Source of the DNA: Alkanindiges illinoisensis DSM 15370
GTDB taxonomy: Bacteria; Pseudomonadota; Gammaproteobacteria; Pseudomonadales; Moraxellaceae
Direction of reading: 5' to 3'
Assembly: GCF_000619845.1 (NCBI RefSeq)
Contig: NZ_JHUX01000003.1
Span: forward strand, 1,600,064 to 1,632,063
Length of the DNA stretch: 32,000 bases
Position numbers and translations under genes: made by a program. Positions 18,370-26,028 of the stretch are shown here, piece after piece. Below the pieces are notes generated by a model. That model was given only the letters and a program-made list of their open reading frames with translations, ran no database searches and was not told the origin of the DNA. Position 1 is the stretch's first letter. Every line of letters starts with the position of its first letter.

Positions 18370-18935
18370 TTTTTATCGCTTTTAAACAAAAAATAGCAGG
18401 CATTAAACTGCTGTAAAAATTGTCTAGCCTGCTTTGGTGAAGTTAAACGGACAAAACGGATATGCGCAAATTCAGGGTTAGCCATGATGTGCTGATATTT
18501 GCGCTGGTTTTTGCCATGTGTTTTTATCATCCACCAGATAATGGACGAATCACCACTTAAAAAAGCCCGCTGAAAGCTCTCAATATTGTTGGTGCCTTCC
18601 CAAAGCGGTGTGCCACTCATCAGGCGTCTAATAGTGCGGCTGACCGACTGATACAAATTTCGACCAAATCCATAATCCAGCCAGATCACCATATCTACAT
18701 TTTGCCATTTTACAGGTGTAGTTTTGCTATAGTTACCATCCAGTATCCAGCTATCAGCAGCTAGACATTGTTTAAGTTTTATAAGTAACTCTTCAAAAGT
18801 GCATGCTTCCCAGTTGGATTGCCAATTTAAAGCATCCATTTCAATATGCGGTACAGCCATTTTTTGCGCTAATGCCTTGCTAAATGTTGTTTTGCCACTA
18901 GCACTGGTGCCGACCACATTAATTCTTTGTGTCAT
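18366..18935 (-). CDS. P-loop NTPase, adenylate-kinase / topology-modulation-protein-like
   Basis: Walker A VVGTSASGKTT at the N-terminus and a ~190-aa small kinase-like size. It is visibly more AT-rich than its neighbours. The stop overlaps the OMT stop on a shared TTAA. Confidence 0.65.
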   Translation of the reverse strand: MTQRINVVGTSASGKTTFSKALAQKMAVPHIEMDALNWQSNWEACTFEELLIKLKQCLAADSWILDGNYSKTTPVKWQNVDMVIWLDYGFGRNLYQSVSRTIRRLMSGTPLWEGTNNIESFQRAFLSGDSSIIWWMIKTHGKNQRKYQHIMANPEFAHIRFVRLTSPKQARQFLQQFNACYFLFKSDKN

Positions 18936-18988
18936 TGTTAAAATACTTATAAAATCCGGCGGCAGATTATACCCTTAAAGGCTTATGG

Positions 18989-19978
18989 CTACCAACGGGC
19001 ATAATGCTGCTCCAGCAGTCCCATTTGCGCATCAATATCGACACGACTACCCTGACAAGTAATAGTGCCTGATATGGTACTCACCCACTGGTTAAACTGG
19101 CTGGCGACCACACCAAAATTCTTGGCTTCATGCCGCCGCCAATGCGTTTGAATGCCAAGGTCAATGCTGCCATCAGCACTATAGATCCGCCACTGATTTT
19201 TGGCCCGTTGCTCAAACAGCACGGCAGGCAGTTCAAAAATTTTGCCATTAAGCCAGAGTGAATTTTCACTCACAAAGGTTTCATTTACCCCACTGGCCAG
19301 ATTAAGCCCCAAGCGCTGACCTGTACTTTCCACGCCAGAAAGTGACAACCAGTGCCATGCCGTTTCCGGCCGCAAGATCCCACAGGTATCATCGAGGGCC
19401 GCCACAAACTGCTGGTTTTTCAGGTCAATGGCCTGCTGGTTAAAGTACAAACTGCCCGTAACTGATAGCGCGGTTTGCTTATGCGTGTAGGTCCAGCCTG
19501 ATACACCCGTTGGGCTACACAGCACCAGTGGTTCGGTGTCATCAATCGCAATCGTTGCATCCAGCAGCAAGTGCTTGCCACGGTGTGCCTTTACCATGCG
19601 TCCGCTAGCGGTTTTCTTGATTTCAATTAAAAAGCTGGATTTTTTAAAGGATGAACTACCCACCTGATGATTACAGACATGAGTGTGCTTGCCAAAAGGC
19701 TGTAAAAAGGATTTTTCTAATACTTTGCCGCTTTGCAGGTCATGGCAGTAAAAAAATCCATGACCAACCCAGCCCAGATCAACTACTGCCAGGCCTACCA
19801 TATACTGGCTATTGTTCAAGCTAATAAACTGGAAACTTTTAAAGCGCAGGTTTTTTTCAAGGCCGGTAATATGCCGCTTAAAAGGCGATACATAATGAAA
19901 ATCATGGATATCAATACACTGCGGCACTGCCTTAAAGCGTCCATAGCGTGGTTTACCCTGCTCAAATAGATTTTTCAT
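18989..19978 (-). CDS. hypothetical protein, probably DUF2804 family
   Basis: 329 aa. The C-terminal ...GLLEQHYARW, the overall length and the W-rich beta-type sequence match my recollection of PF10974. This is not verifiable here. Confidence 0.5.
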   Translation of the reverse strand: MKNLFEQGKPRYGRFKAVPQCIDIHDFHYVSPFKRHITGLEKNLRFKSFQFISLNNSQYMVGLAVVDLGWVGHGFFYCHDLQSGKVLEKSFLQPFGKHTHVCNHQVGSSSFKKSSFLIEIKKTASGRMVKAHRGKHLLLDATIAIDDTEPLVLCSPTGVSGWTYTHKQTALSVTGSLYFNQQAIDLKNQQFVAALDDTCGILRPETAWHWLSLSGVESTGQRLGLNLASGVNETFVSENSLWLNGKIFELPAVLFEQRAKNQWRIYSADGSIDLGIQTHWRRHEAKNFGVVASQFNQWVSTISGTITCQGSRVDIDAQMGLLEQHYARW

Positions 19979-20107
19979 GATTTATTGTCCTTAATATGGT
20001 TCAGCTTGTCCTATTTTCTACCAATTGGGTTATACAACAAAAAAATCAGCCTTACATTTATCTAGCCAAGTTATTGAGAAAGCAGGTGTATTCCATTTTA
20101 TCTGCCT

Positions 20108-21127
20108 TTAATTTTTCAACCGGCGCTGCTGAAGTGGTGTACTACCTGTCCAGCGTTTATAAGCGCGGGTAAACGCACTCTGATCAGAATAGCCCAGCAA
20201 CTGCGCAATATCGCTTAAGGGCACATGCTGATGCAAGTACTGTGTACATAGCTGCTGACGCACTTCATCGAGCAACTGCTGGAAACTCACCTCATGCTGC
20301 ATCAGGCGGCGTTGCAGGGTACGGGTACTTAAATGCAATTGTCGCGCCAGTTGTGCCAAGGTTGGCTCACCCAGTTGGCACAACTCAATCAGCTTGCGCT
20401 GGGCTTGCTGCAAAAAAATATCAGTGCTGGGCATGCTGTTGAGCGCCTGCTCTGCCTGCTGCTGTAAAATATCCAGCAAGGCCTTGTCCGGTTTTTCAAT
20501 GGGAATATTCAGGGTATTGGCTGGAAAACTGAATGCCGAATAGGGCTGCTCGAACAACACAGGGCAGCCAAAAAACTGTTCATAAATTTGCAGGTTTTCC
20601 GGCGCACCCCGCAAGGCATGCACAAAATGCACATGATTGATATTAAGTGGCCGCCCGACCAGTTGCAGGCTAAACTGCTGGATCACGGCCATGCCTAACT
20701 CATGCATGATGCCTTCTACCAGCTTGGGTTTTGGCCAGCGCAGCTCAATCTGGTTACCCTGCTGCACAATCTGCATATATTCCATGTTATTGCTAATCCA
20801 CTTGCCATAACGATGCAAGCGCAATAAAGCCTCGCCCATATTTTCACAGGCATGCAGCAAATAGCCCAGAATTCCCAGATTAGCCGTATTGATCCCTTGC
20901 GCAATTGACAGGGAAATGGTCGGTTCACGTAAATATTCTGCCAGTTGCTCCAGCATTAGTACGAACTGTGGCACGGGCACATGGCTGATTTGCTGGCCTG
21001 CGCAGGCTGCACTCACCAGCGCCAATTGTTCGGCATCAAACACTTCAGACAATGCAATCTGGCGCTGTTGCATAAACTGCACCATGAGCTGTAACTGGTT
21101 ACTATTAACGATTGCTGTATTTTGCAT
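20108..21127 (-). CDS. AraC family transcriptional regulator (N-terminal Arabinose_bd-like sensor, C-terminal HTH_18)
   Basis: The C-terminus LSTRTLQRRL...IAQLLGYSDQSAFTRAYKRWTGSTP is a canonical AraC HTH. The ATG at 21127 is preferred over the TTG at 21163. It is divergent from the 21224 gene. Confidence 0.88.
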   Translation of the reverse strand: MQNTAIVNSNQLQLMVQFMQQRQIALSEVFDAEQLALVSAACAGQQISHVPVPQFVLMLEQLAEYLREPTISLSIAQGINTANLGILGYLLHACENMGEALLRLHRYGKWISNNMEYMQIVQQGNQIELRWPKPKLVEGIMHELGMAVIQQFSLQLVGRPLNINHVHFVHALRGAPENLQIYEQFFGCPVLFEQPYSAFSFPANTLNIPIEKPDKALLDILQQQAEQALNSMPSTDIFLQQAQRKLIELCQLGEPTLAQLARQLHLSTRTLQRRLMQHEVSFQQLLDEVRQQLCTQYLHQHVPLSDIAQLLGYSDQSAFTRAYKRWTGSTPLQQRRLKN

Positions 21128-21223
21128 GGCGTGATTTGTATAAATTTTGGCGAAAGCTGTCAAAACTTTCTACCATAAAAAATCAATACTGTATGCATCA
21201 ACATGAAAAATGAGGGCATTAGC

Positions 21224-22108
21224 ATGAATGCGCCATTAAACGCTCAATACTCTGCAGACATGCTGGTTCGACGCAATCTGGACTTTCAGCTTGAACAGCA
21301 TATGCCACGTTACTGGTTTGGTGGCCATCCTTTTAAAACCCGTGTGTTTGATGCACTTAGCCTGACCTTTCCGGATGGTGAACGTTATTTTATTAGTAGC
21401 GTGCGGCTGTACCGCGACCAGATTACTGACCCCGAACTGCAAGCCAAGGTCAAGGACTTTATTTTACAGGAAGCGCAACATGGGATTGCGCATGACAAAA
21501 TGAACCAGATCATGAAAGATCAGGGCATGCCAGTGGATGCCATGATTGGCGAGATGAAATCGCGTTTTGAATACTGGCTCAAGCACAAAAGTCCTGAAAT
21601 CAATATTGCCATTACCGCCGCTAGCGAACACCTGACTGCATTAATGGCTGAATGTTTTTATGCCAAAAAAGAAACGCTGGCCGAGGTTGATCCTTATGTC
21701 CGTGCCCTGTTTGCCTGGCATGCCATTGAGGAAATGGAGCATCGGGACGTGGCCTTTGATGTAATGCAAAATGTGGCCAAAGTTCCCTATGCAGTGCGTG
21801 CCCGTGCCTTGGCATTAACTAGCGTCATGATGTATGGTTTTACCCTGTATCGCACCAATATCATGTTGAAAACAGATGGTTTTAATAAGCGCGAACGCAT
21901 CAAAATGTTTGCTCAGGGCATGCCGTGGCTGTTTGGTAAAAAAGGCATTTTGTCATCCATGAAAAAACCCTATATGGACTGGTACAAACGCGACTTTCAT
22001 CCCAGCCAGCATCCGGTACTGGCGCAGTATCCGGTTTGGGTGGAAACGCTGGAAAAAACTGGCGATCCAATTAAGGCTGGTGAAGCCTTGTGGGAAGCTG
22101 GGAAGTAA
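21224..22108 (+). CDS. PF10118-like 'predicted metal-dependent hydrolase' (COG3687) with a di-iron-like E/ExxH pattern
   Basis: YWFGGHPFKTRVFDALSLTFPDGERYF... matches my memory of PF10118. GAGGG sits 8 nt before the ATG at 21224. ExxH motifs are at nt 21470 (EAQH) and 21731 (EMEH). Confidence 0.65.
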   Translation: MNAPLNAQYSADMLVRRNLDFQLEQHMPRYWFGGHPFKTRVFDALSLTFPDGERYFISSVRLYRDQITDPELQAKVKDFILQEAQHGIAHDKMNQIMKDQGMPVDAMIGEMKSRFEYWLKHKSPEINIAITAASEHLTALMAECFYAKKETLAEVDPYVRALFAWHAIEEMEHRDVAFDVMQNVAKVPYAVRARALALTSVMMYGFTLYRTNIMLKTDGFNKRERIKMFAQGMPWLFGKKGILSSMKKPYMDWYKRDFHPSQHPVLAQYPVWVETLEKTGDPIKAGEALWEAGK

Positions 22109-22121
22109 TCGCTATTTCAAC

Positions 22122-22152
22122 GATAAGGTAATAAAATTCTTGTTACCTTATC
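22122..22152 (+). terminator. hairpin after the PF10118-like gene (weak terminator candidate)
   Basis: Perfect 10-bp stem GATAAGGTAA (22122-22131) / TTACCTTATC (22143-22152) with an 11-nt loop, followed only by TTT. Confidence 0.4.
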
Positions 22153-22171
22153 TTTACTACACTATTTAAAA

Positions 22172-22462
22172 ATGATGAAACGATGGTTTAATTTTTTAAT
22201 TACTTTTATAACTTACTTATTAATAATTTTTTGGCTCATAGCTGGCCTTTTTATACTGTATTTTTCTTTTAAAATTTTCCAATCTAATCGTTTCAATAGC
22301 CCAATTTATTACAAGATATGCAACTCTTATGGTGATTATTCATGCTTTGAACCACAATGGAAATGGGCATTATTAATTGGTTGTATCATCATTTTTACTG
22401 GTATATTTATAATGATGAAACTAATAAAAAGGACTTTTAAAAATAAACTTGGGGAATTTTAA
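22172..22462 (+). CDS. small AT-rich hypothetical membrane protein (2 predicted TM helices)
   Basis: 96-codon ORF, stop-free despite ~27% GC by eye. Hydrophobic segments are FLITFITYLLIIFWLIAGLFILYF and WALLIGCIIIFTGIFIMM. No SD and no family I recognise. Confidence 0.5.
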   Translation: MMKRWFNFLITFITYLLIIFWLIAGLFILYFSFKIFQSNRFNSPIYYKICNSYGDYSCFEPQWKWALLIGCIIIFTGIFIMMKLIKRTFKNKLGEF

Positions 22463-22953
22463 CCAATCACCAAATAGCAATTCTCAAATTTTACGCCCTG
22501 ATGACTGCCTTCAACCAGGTGCACAAAACGTCCATCCACCTGATCAATCAGTACACAGTCATCCACGTCCAGCACGGCATCAACATGCGGTTGCTGCCAA
22601 GTTTTTATTGTATATTTGCGTGCCCTGCCGCGTGCCTGCATTTTGCTATTTGCCACAAGCAACACGTAGCGATGTGCTTCGCCAAACTCATCTGGTAGAT
22701 AACCGCCCAGATTAATAAAATACAGGCGCGGTGCATCAGGCTTGGGTGCAACTGTGCTCAACTGCACCTGATACTGTTCAACGCCATCAATGGCAATCCA
22801 GGCATCAATATGCAGTCCCTTGGCAAGGCCAAACCATTGCTGCTTAAGCTGCGGATAAATATCCTGCAATGACTCCCCAACCGCAAACACCACATCATGC
22901 ACCTCAATGTGGGCTTTAGGGTGTTTACCGCCAAGCATTACCGCATACAGCAT
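22459..22953 (-). CDS. DUF1543 domain protein (two tandem DUF1543-like halves)
   Basis: MLYAVMLGGKHPKAHIEVHDVVFAV... and a second half RLYFINLGGYLPDEFGEAHRYVLLV... match the LGG...HD(v)F signature I recall for DUF1543. Confidence 0.6.
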   Translation of the reverse strand: MLYAVMLGGKHPKAHIEVHDVVFAVGESLQDIYPQLKQQWFGLAKGLHIDAWIAIDGVEQYQVQLSTVAPKPDAPRLYFINLGGYLPDEFGEAHRYVLLVANSKMQARGRARKYTIKTWQQPHVDAVLDVDDCVLIDQVDGRFVHLVEGSHQGVKFENCYLVIG

Positions 22954-23010
22954 GGATTTGACCTTATCAGGTTAGGGTTTAGGCATGATTATTTACCTAA
23001 ACCTGCCAGT

Positions 23011-24258
23011 TTAAATAATTTCCATACCATCCAGTTTAGCAACTGTCATCAAGTCCTTGTCACCACGGCCAGACAGACACACAATAATGCTTTGCTCAGG
23101 ACTCATTGTTGGCGCCAGCTTGGTCACATAGGCCATCGCATGCGAACTTTCCAGCGCCGGAATAATGCCTTCAATCCGGGTTAAATCACGGAAACCACGC
23201 AAGGCTTCTTCATCATTAATCGGTACATATTCCACACGCTTCATGTCTTTTAGGAAGCTGTGTTCAGGGCCGACACCCGGATAATCAAGACCGGCAGAAA
23301 TACTGTGAGTTTCAATAATCTGGCCTTCATCGTCACTCATTAAATAGGTGCGGTTGCCATGCAGCACGCCAACCCGTCCGGCATTGAGTGGCGCAGAGTG
23401 CTTGCCGCTTTCCACCCCAAAACCGGATGCTTCAACGCCATACATTTTAACGTCTGCATCATTTAAAAATGGATAAAACAAGCCCATTGCATTACTGCCA
23501 CCGCCCACGCAGGCCACCAATGCATCAGGCAGCTTACCAGTCATGTCCAGAATCTGCTGGCGGGCTTCACGGCCAATAATCGACTGAAAATCACGCACCA
23601 GTTGCGGATATGGATGCGGCCCGGCCACTGTCCCAATCACATAATAGGTATTATCTACATTGGTCACCCAGTCGCGCATGGCTTCATTCATGGCGTCTTT
23701 CAGGGTTTTAGAGCCACTTGTTACTGGCACCACGGTAGCACCCAGCAAACGCATGCGATATACATTCATGGCCTGACGCTTTACGTCTTCTGCACCCATG
23801 TACACCACGCATTCCATGCCCAGACGCGCGGCAATGGTTGCCGTTGCTACACCATGCTGCCCGGCACCGGTTTCAGCAATAATTCGGTTTTTACCAGATA
23901 ACTTGGCCAGCAATGCCTGACCAATAGTGTTATTAACCTTGTGCGCGCCAGTGTGGTTGAGGTCTTCACGCTTTAAATAAATCTGCGCGCCGCCCAACTC
24001 TTTGGACCAACGGGTTGCATGGTACAGCGGGCTTGGACGACCCACATAATGCGCCATGTCATGATCAAATTCGCGCAAGAACTCTGGATCATCTTTCATG
24101 CGGTTGTAGAGCTGCTCCAGGTCCTGCAACGCTGCCATCAGCGTTTCTGACACAAAGCGGCCACCGAACTTGCCAAAATGACCATTTTGATCTGGATAGT
24201 TAAAATAATTAATCGGTGCTGTACCATTTGACTCAATGTCATGTAAATCGTTAGCCAC
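23011..24258 (-). CDS. trpB: tryptophan synthase beta chain TrpB
   Basis: 415 aa with [15 protein letters not shown], the PLP lysine region [11 protein letters not shown], and GGGSNAMG. Confidence 0.97.
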   Translation of the reverse strand: MANDLHDIESNGTAPINYFNYPDQNGHFGKFGGRFVSETLMAALQDLEQLYNRMKDDPEFLREFDHDMAHYVGRPSPLYHATRWSKELGGAQIYLKREDLNHTGAHKVNNTIGQALLAKLSGKNRIIAETGAGQHGVATATIAARLGMECVVYMGAEDVKRQAMNVYRMRLLGATVVPVTSGSKTLKDAMNEAMRDWVTNVDNTYYVIGTVAGPHPYPQLVRDFQSIIGREARQQILDMTGKLPDALVACVGGGSNAMGLFYPFLNDADVKMYGVEASGFGVESGKHSAPLNAGRVGVLHGNRTYLMSDDEGQIIETHSISAGLDYPGVGPEHSFLKDMKRVEYVPINDEEALRGFRDLTRIEGIIPALESSHAMAYVTKLAPTMSPEQSIIVCLSGRGDKDLMTVAKLDGMEII

Positions 24259-24904
24259 GTTGGACTCCTTGCATAAATTTCCGGATCAACTGATGATCTT
24301 TAATACCTTTTTGACTTTCTACCCCGCCACTCACATCAACGGCATACGGGCGGGTCTGGGCAATGGCATCTGCGACATTATCGGGATTTAGGCCACCAGC
24401 CAGAATAAGTGGCACTGTTTTCCCAGTAGTCTGTGGCCAGCTATCCCAGTCAAATGTCTGACCGGTGCCTCCCTTTAACTGTGGGTGCCAAGTATCCAGC
24501 AAAATTCCACTGGCTCCGGCTGCTATATACTGCTCAATAAGTTCTGGCACATTGCTGTCTGGTTTAACAGCCAAGGCCTTAATCCAGCGGCGGCCAGTTA
24601 ACTGACCAATTTCAGCACACTGGGTAGGTGTTTCATCACCATGTAATTGCAAAATATCCAGGGCTACCTGAGACAAAACCTGCTGAATTTCTGCCACTGT
24701 GGCATTAACAAACAAGCCTGCCACCTGCACAAATGGGGTTACTACAGCCAGCAATGTCTGCGCTTTTTCTACACTCACTGCACGGGGGCTTGGTGCATAA
24801 AAAACCAGACCGATTGCATCTGCACCAGCTGCCACGGCGCATTGCACATCTTCAGCACGGGTTAAACCGCAAATTTTCGCGCGGACTTGCAGCTTATCAG
24901 TCAT
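24251..24904 (-). CDS. trpF: phosphoribosylanthranilate isomerase TrpF
   Basis: 217 aa with [11 protein letters not shown]...GADAIGLVF...LHGDE. The 3' end overlaps the trpB start by 8 nt. Confidence 0.93.
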   Translation of the reverse strand: MTDKLQVRAKICGLTRAEDVQCAVAAGADAIGLVFYAPSPRAVSVEKAQTLLAVVTPFVQVAGLFVNATVAEIQQVLSQVALDILQLHGDETPTQCAEIGQLTGRRWIKALAVKPDSNVPELIEQYIAAGASGILLDTWHPQLKGGTGQTFDWDSWPQTTGKTVPLILAGGLNPDNVADAIAQTRPYAVDVSGGVESQKGIKDHQLIRKFMQGVQRG

Positions 24905-25126
24905 GGATCACCCGGTGAAAATAATAAAAATACAAACCAGCAAAAATCAGAATTTACTTGCTCCTATTGTAAAGCAATTTGCCCTAAAAGTATGAACTGG
25001 CAATAGTCAAACGCTGTAATAAAATCTGTTTAAATAGAAAATGACTGGCAGCGACCTTCTTAAAACACCATTGTTTATAAAAATGTTGAGCAGTCATTTT
25101 CCAGATTATTTCGTGCTTAAGTTTAC

Positions 25127-25561
25127 TTAACGCATGGTCAGTTTGGCATCCATGGTAATTTCTGCATTGAGCAGTTTGGACACCGGACAGTTTTCTTTGG
25201 CATTTCGGGCAATGCGGTCAAATGTCGCCTGATCAATGCCGGATGCAACCACCTGCGTGTCCAGATGGATTTTGGTAATACTAAACCCTTCGCCCTGTTT
25301 TTCCAGTGATACAGCAGCAGTGGTATCAATGGTATCTGGTGGAAAGCCCTCGTTGCCTAACATCATGGAAAATGCCATGGAAAAACAGGCTGCATGTGCT
25401 GCACCAATAATTTCTTCAGGGTTAGTACCTTTTCCACCTTCAAAGCGTGATTTAAAGCCATAAGGATGTTCTTTTAAAGCACCCGTTTCAGTCGATACCG
25501 TGCCCTGCCCCTCTTTAATAGAACCTTCCCAGTGCGCTGAGCCTTTTTTTACAATTGCCAT
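25127..25561 (-). CDS. osmC: OsmC family peroxiredoxin
   Basis: GTNPEEIIGAAHAACFSMAF...NCPVSK shows the two conserved Cys regions of OsmC. GAGG sits 7 nt before the ATG at 25561 (MAIVKKG...). Confidence 0.88.
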   Translation of the reverse strand: MAIVKKGSAHWEGSIKEGQGTVSTETGALKEHPYGFKSRFEGGKGTNPEEIIGAAHAACFSMAFSMMLGNEGFPPDTIDTTAAVSLEKQGEGFSITKIHLDTQVVASGIDQATFDRIARNAKENCPVSKLLNAEITMDAKLTMR

Positions 25562-25730
25562 GTCCAACCTCATTGTGCAGTAGTAAGAAGTATATTGCTG
25601 CTACAGCATACCCAGCTTTAAGCCATAACTTTATTAATGCTCTGTAAAATTAGCCAGTTGTTTTGCAAGGTAATTTTTATAAAAAACTAAAAGATTAAAA
25701 TAAGACCTGATGCAGTTAATTCTTAATAAA

Positions 25731-25759
25731 TTGCAACAAATTCGCAACACTACTATACT
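25731..25759 (+). promoter_or_regulatory. sigma70 promoter of the btuB leader
   Basis: TTGCAA (25731-25736), exact 17-bp spacer, TATACT (25754-25759), placed just upstream of the riboswitch P1. Confidence 0.65.
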
Positions 25760-25764
25760 GCCCG

Positions 25765-25975
25765 CGCTTTGAGTGCCTAACAAGCGTTTGTTTTATCTCA
25801 AAAACAAATGGGAAGCTGGTGAAAATCCAGCACTGCCCCCGCAACAGTATGTGTTTAATGTTCAATGCGCCATCTGGACGATCTCAGATAGCAACCACTG
25901 CTTAAGCTTTAAGTGGGAAGGTTATTGAAAACAGGTCAGCACCGACCCAACACAAGTCTGGATACCGACTCAATG
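25765..25975 (+). promoter_or_regulatory. cobalamin (B12) riboswitch
   Basis: Conserved core GGGAAGCTGGTGAAAATCCAGCACTGCCCCCGCAACAGTA (25810-25849). CCACTG...GTGGGAAGG (25895-25920). B12-box-like AGTCTGGATACCGAC (25955-25969). P1 TTGAGT (25769-25774) / ACTCAA (25968-25973). Sits directly upstream of a TonB-dependent receptor. Confidence 0.9.
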
Positions 25976-25993
25976 CTTCTTATAACCCCTGAC

Positions 25994-26014
25994 ACATTCA
26001 CGTGGGGTGAATGT
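25994..26014 (+). promoter_or_regulatory. expression-platform hairpin overlapping the first in-frame ATG of btuB
   Basis: Perfect 8-bp stem ACATTCAC (25994-26001) / GTGAATGT (26007-26014) with loop GTGGG. The stem includes the ATG at 26011 and ends 2 nt before GGAG (26017-26020). Confidence 0.5.
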
Positions 26015-26028
26015 CCTGGAGCACAGCC

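Noticed and set aside
25038-25100. 10-bp perfect inverted repeat AAAATGACTG / CAGTCATTTT with a 43-nt loop, downstream of osmC
   Set aside because: The loop is too large, the stem too AT-rich, and no U-run follows on the osmC strand, so I cannot call it a terminator. Its function is unknown and it may be coincidental.
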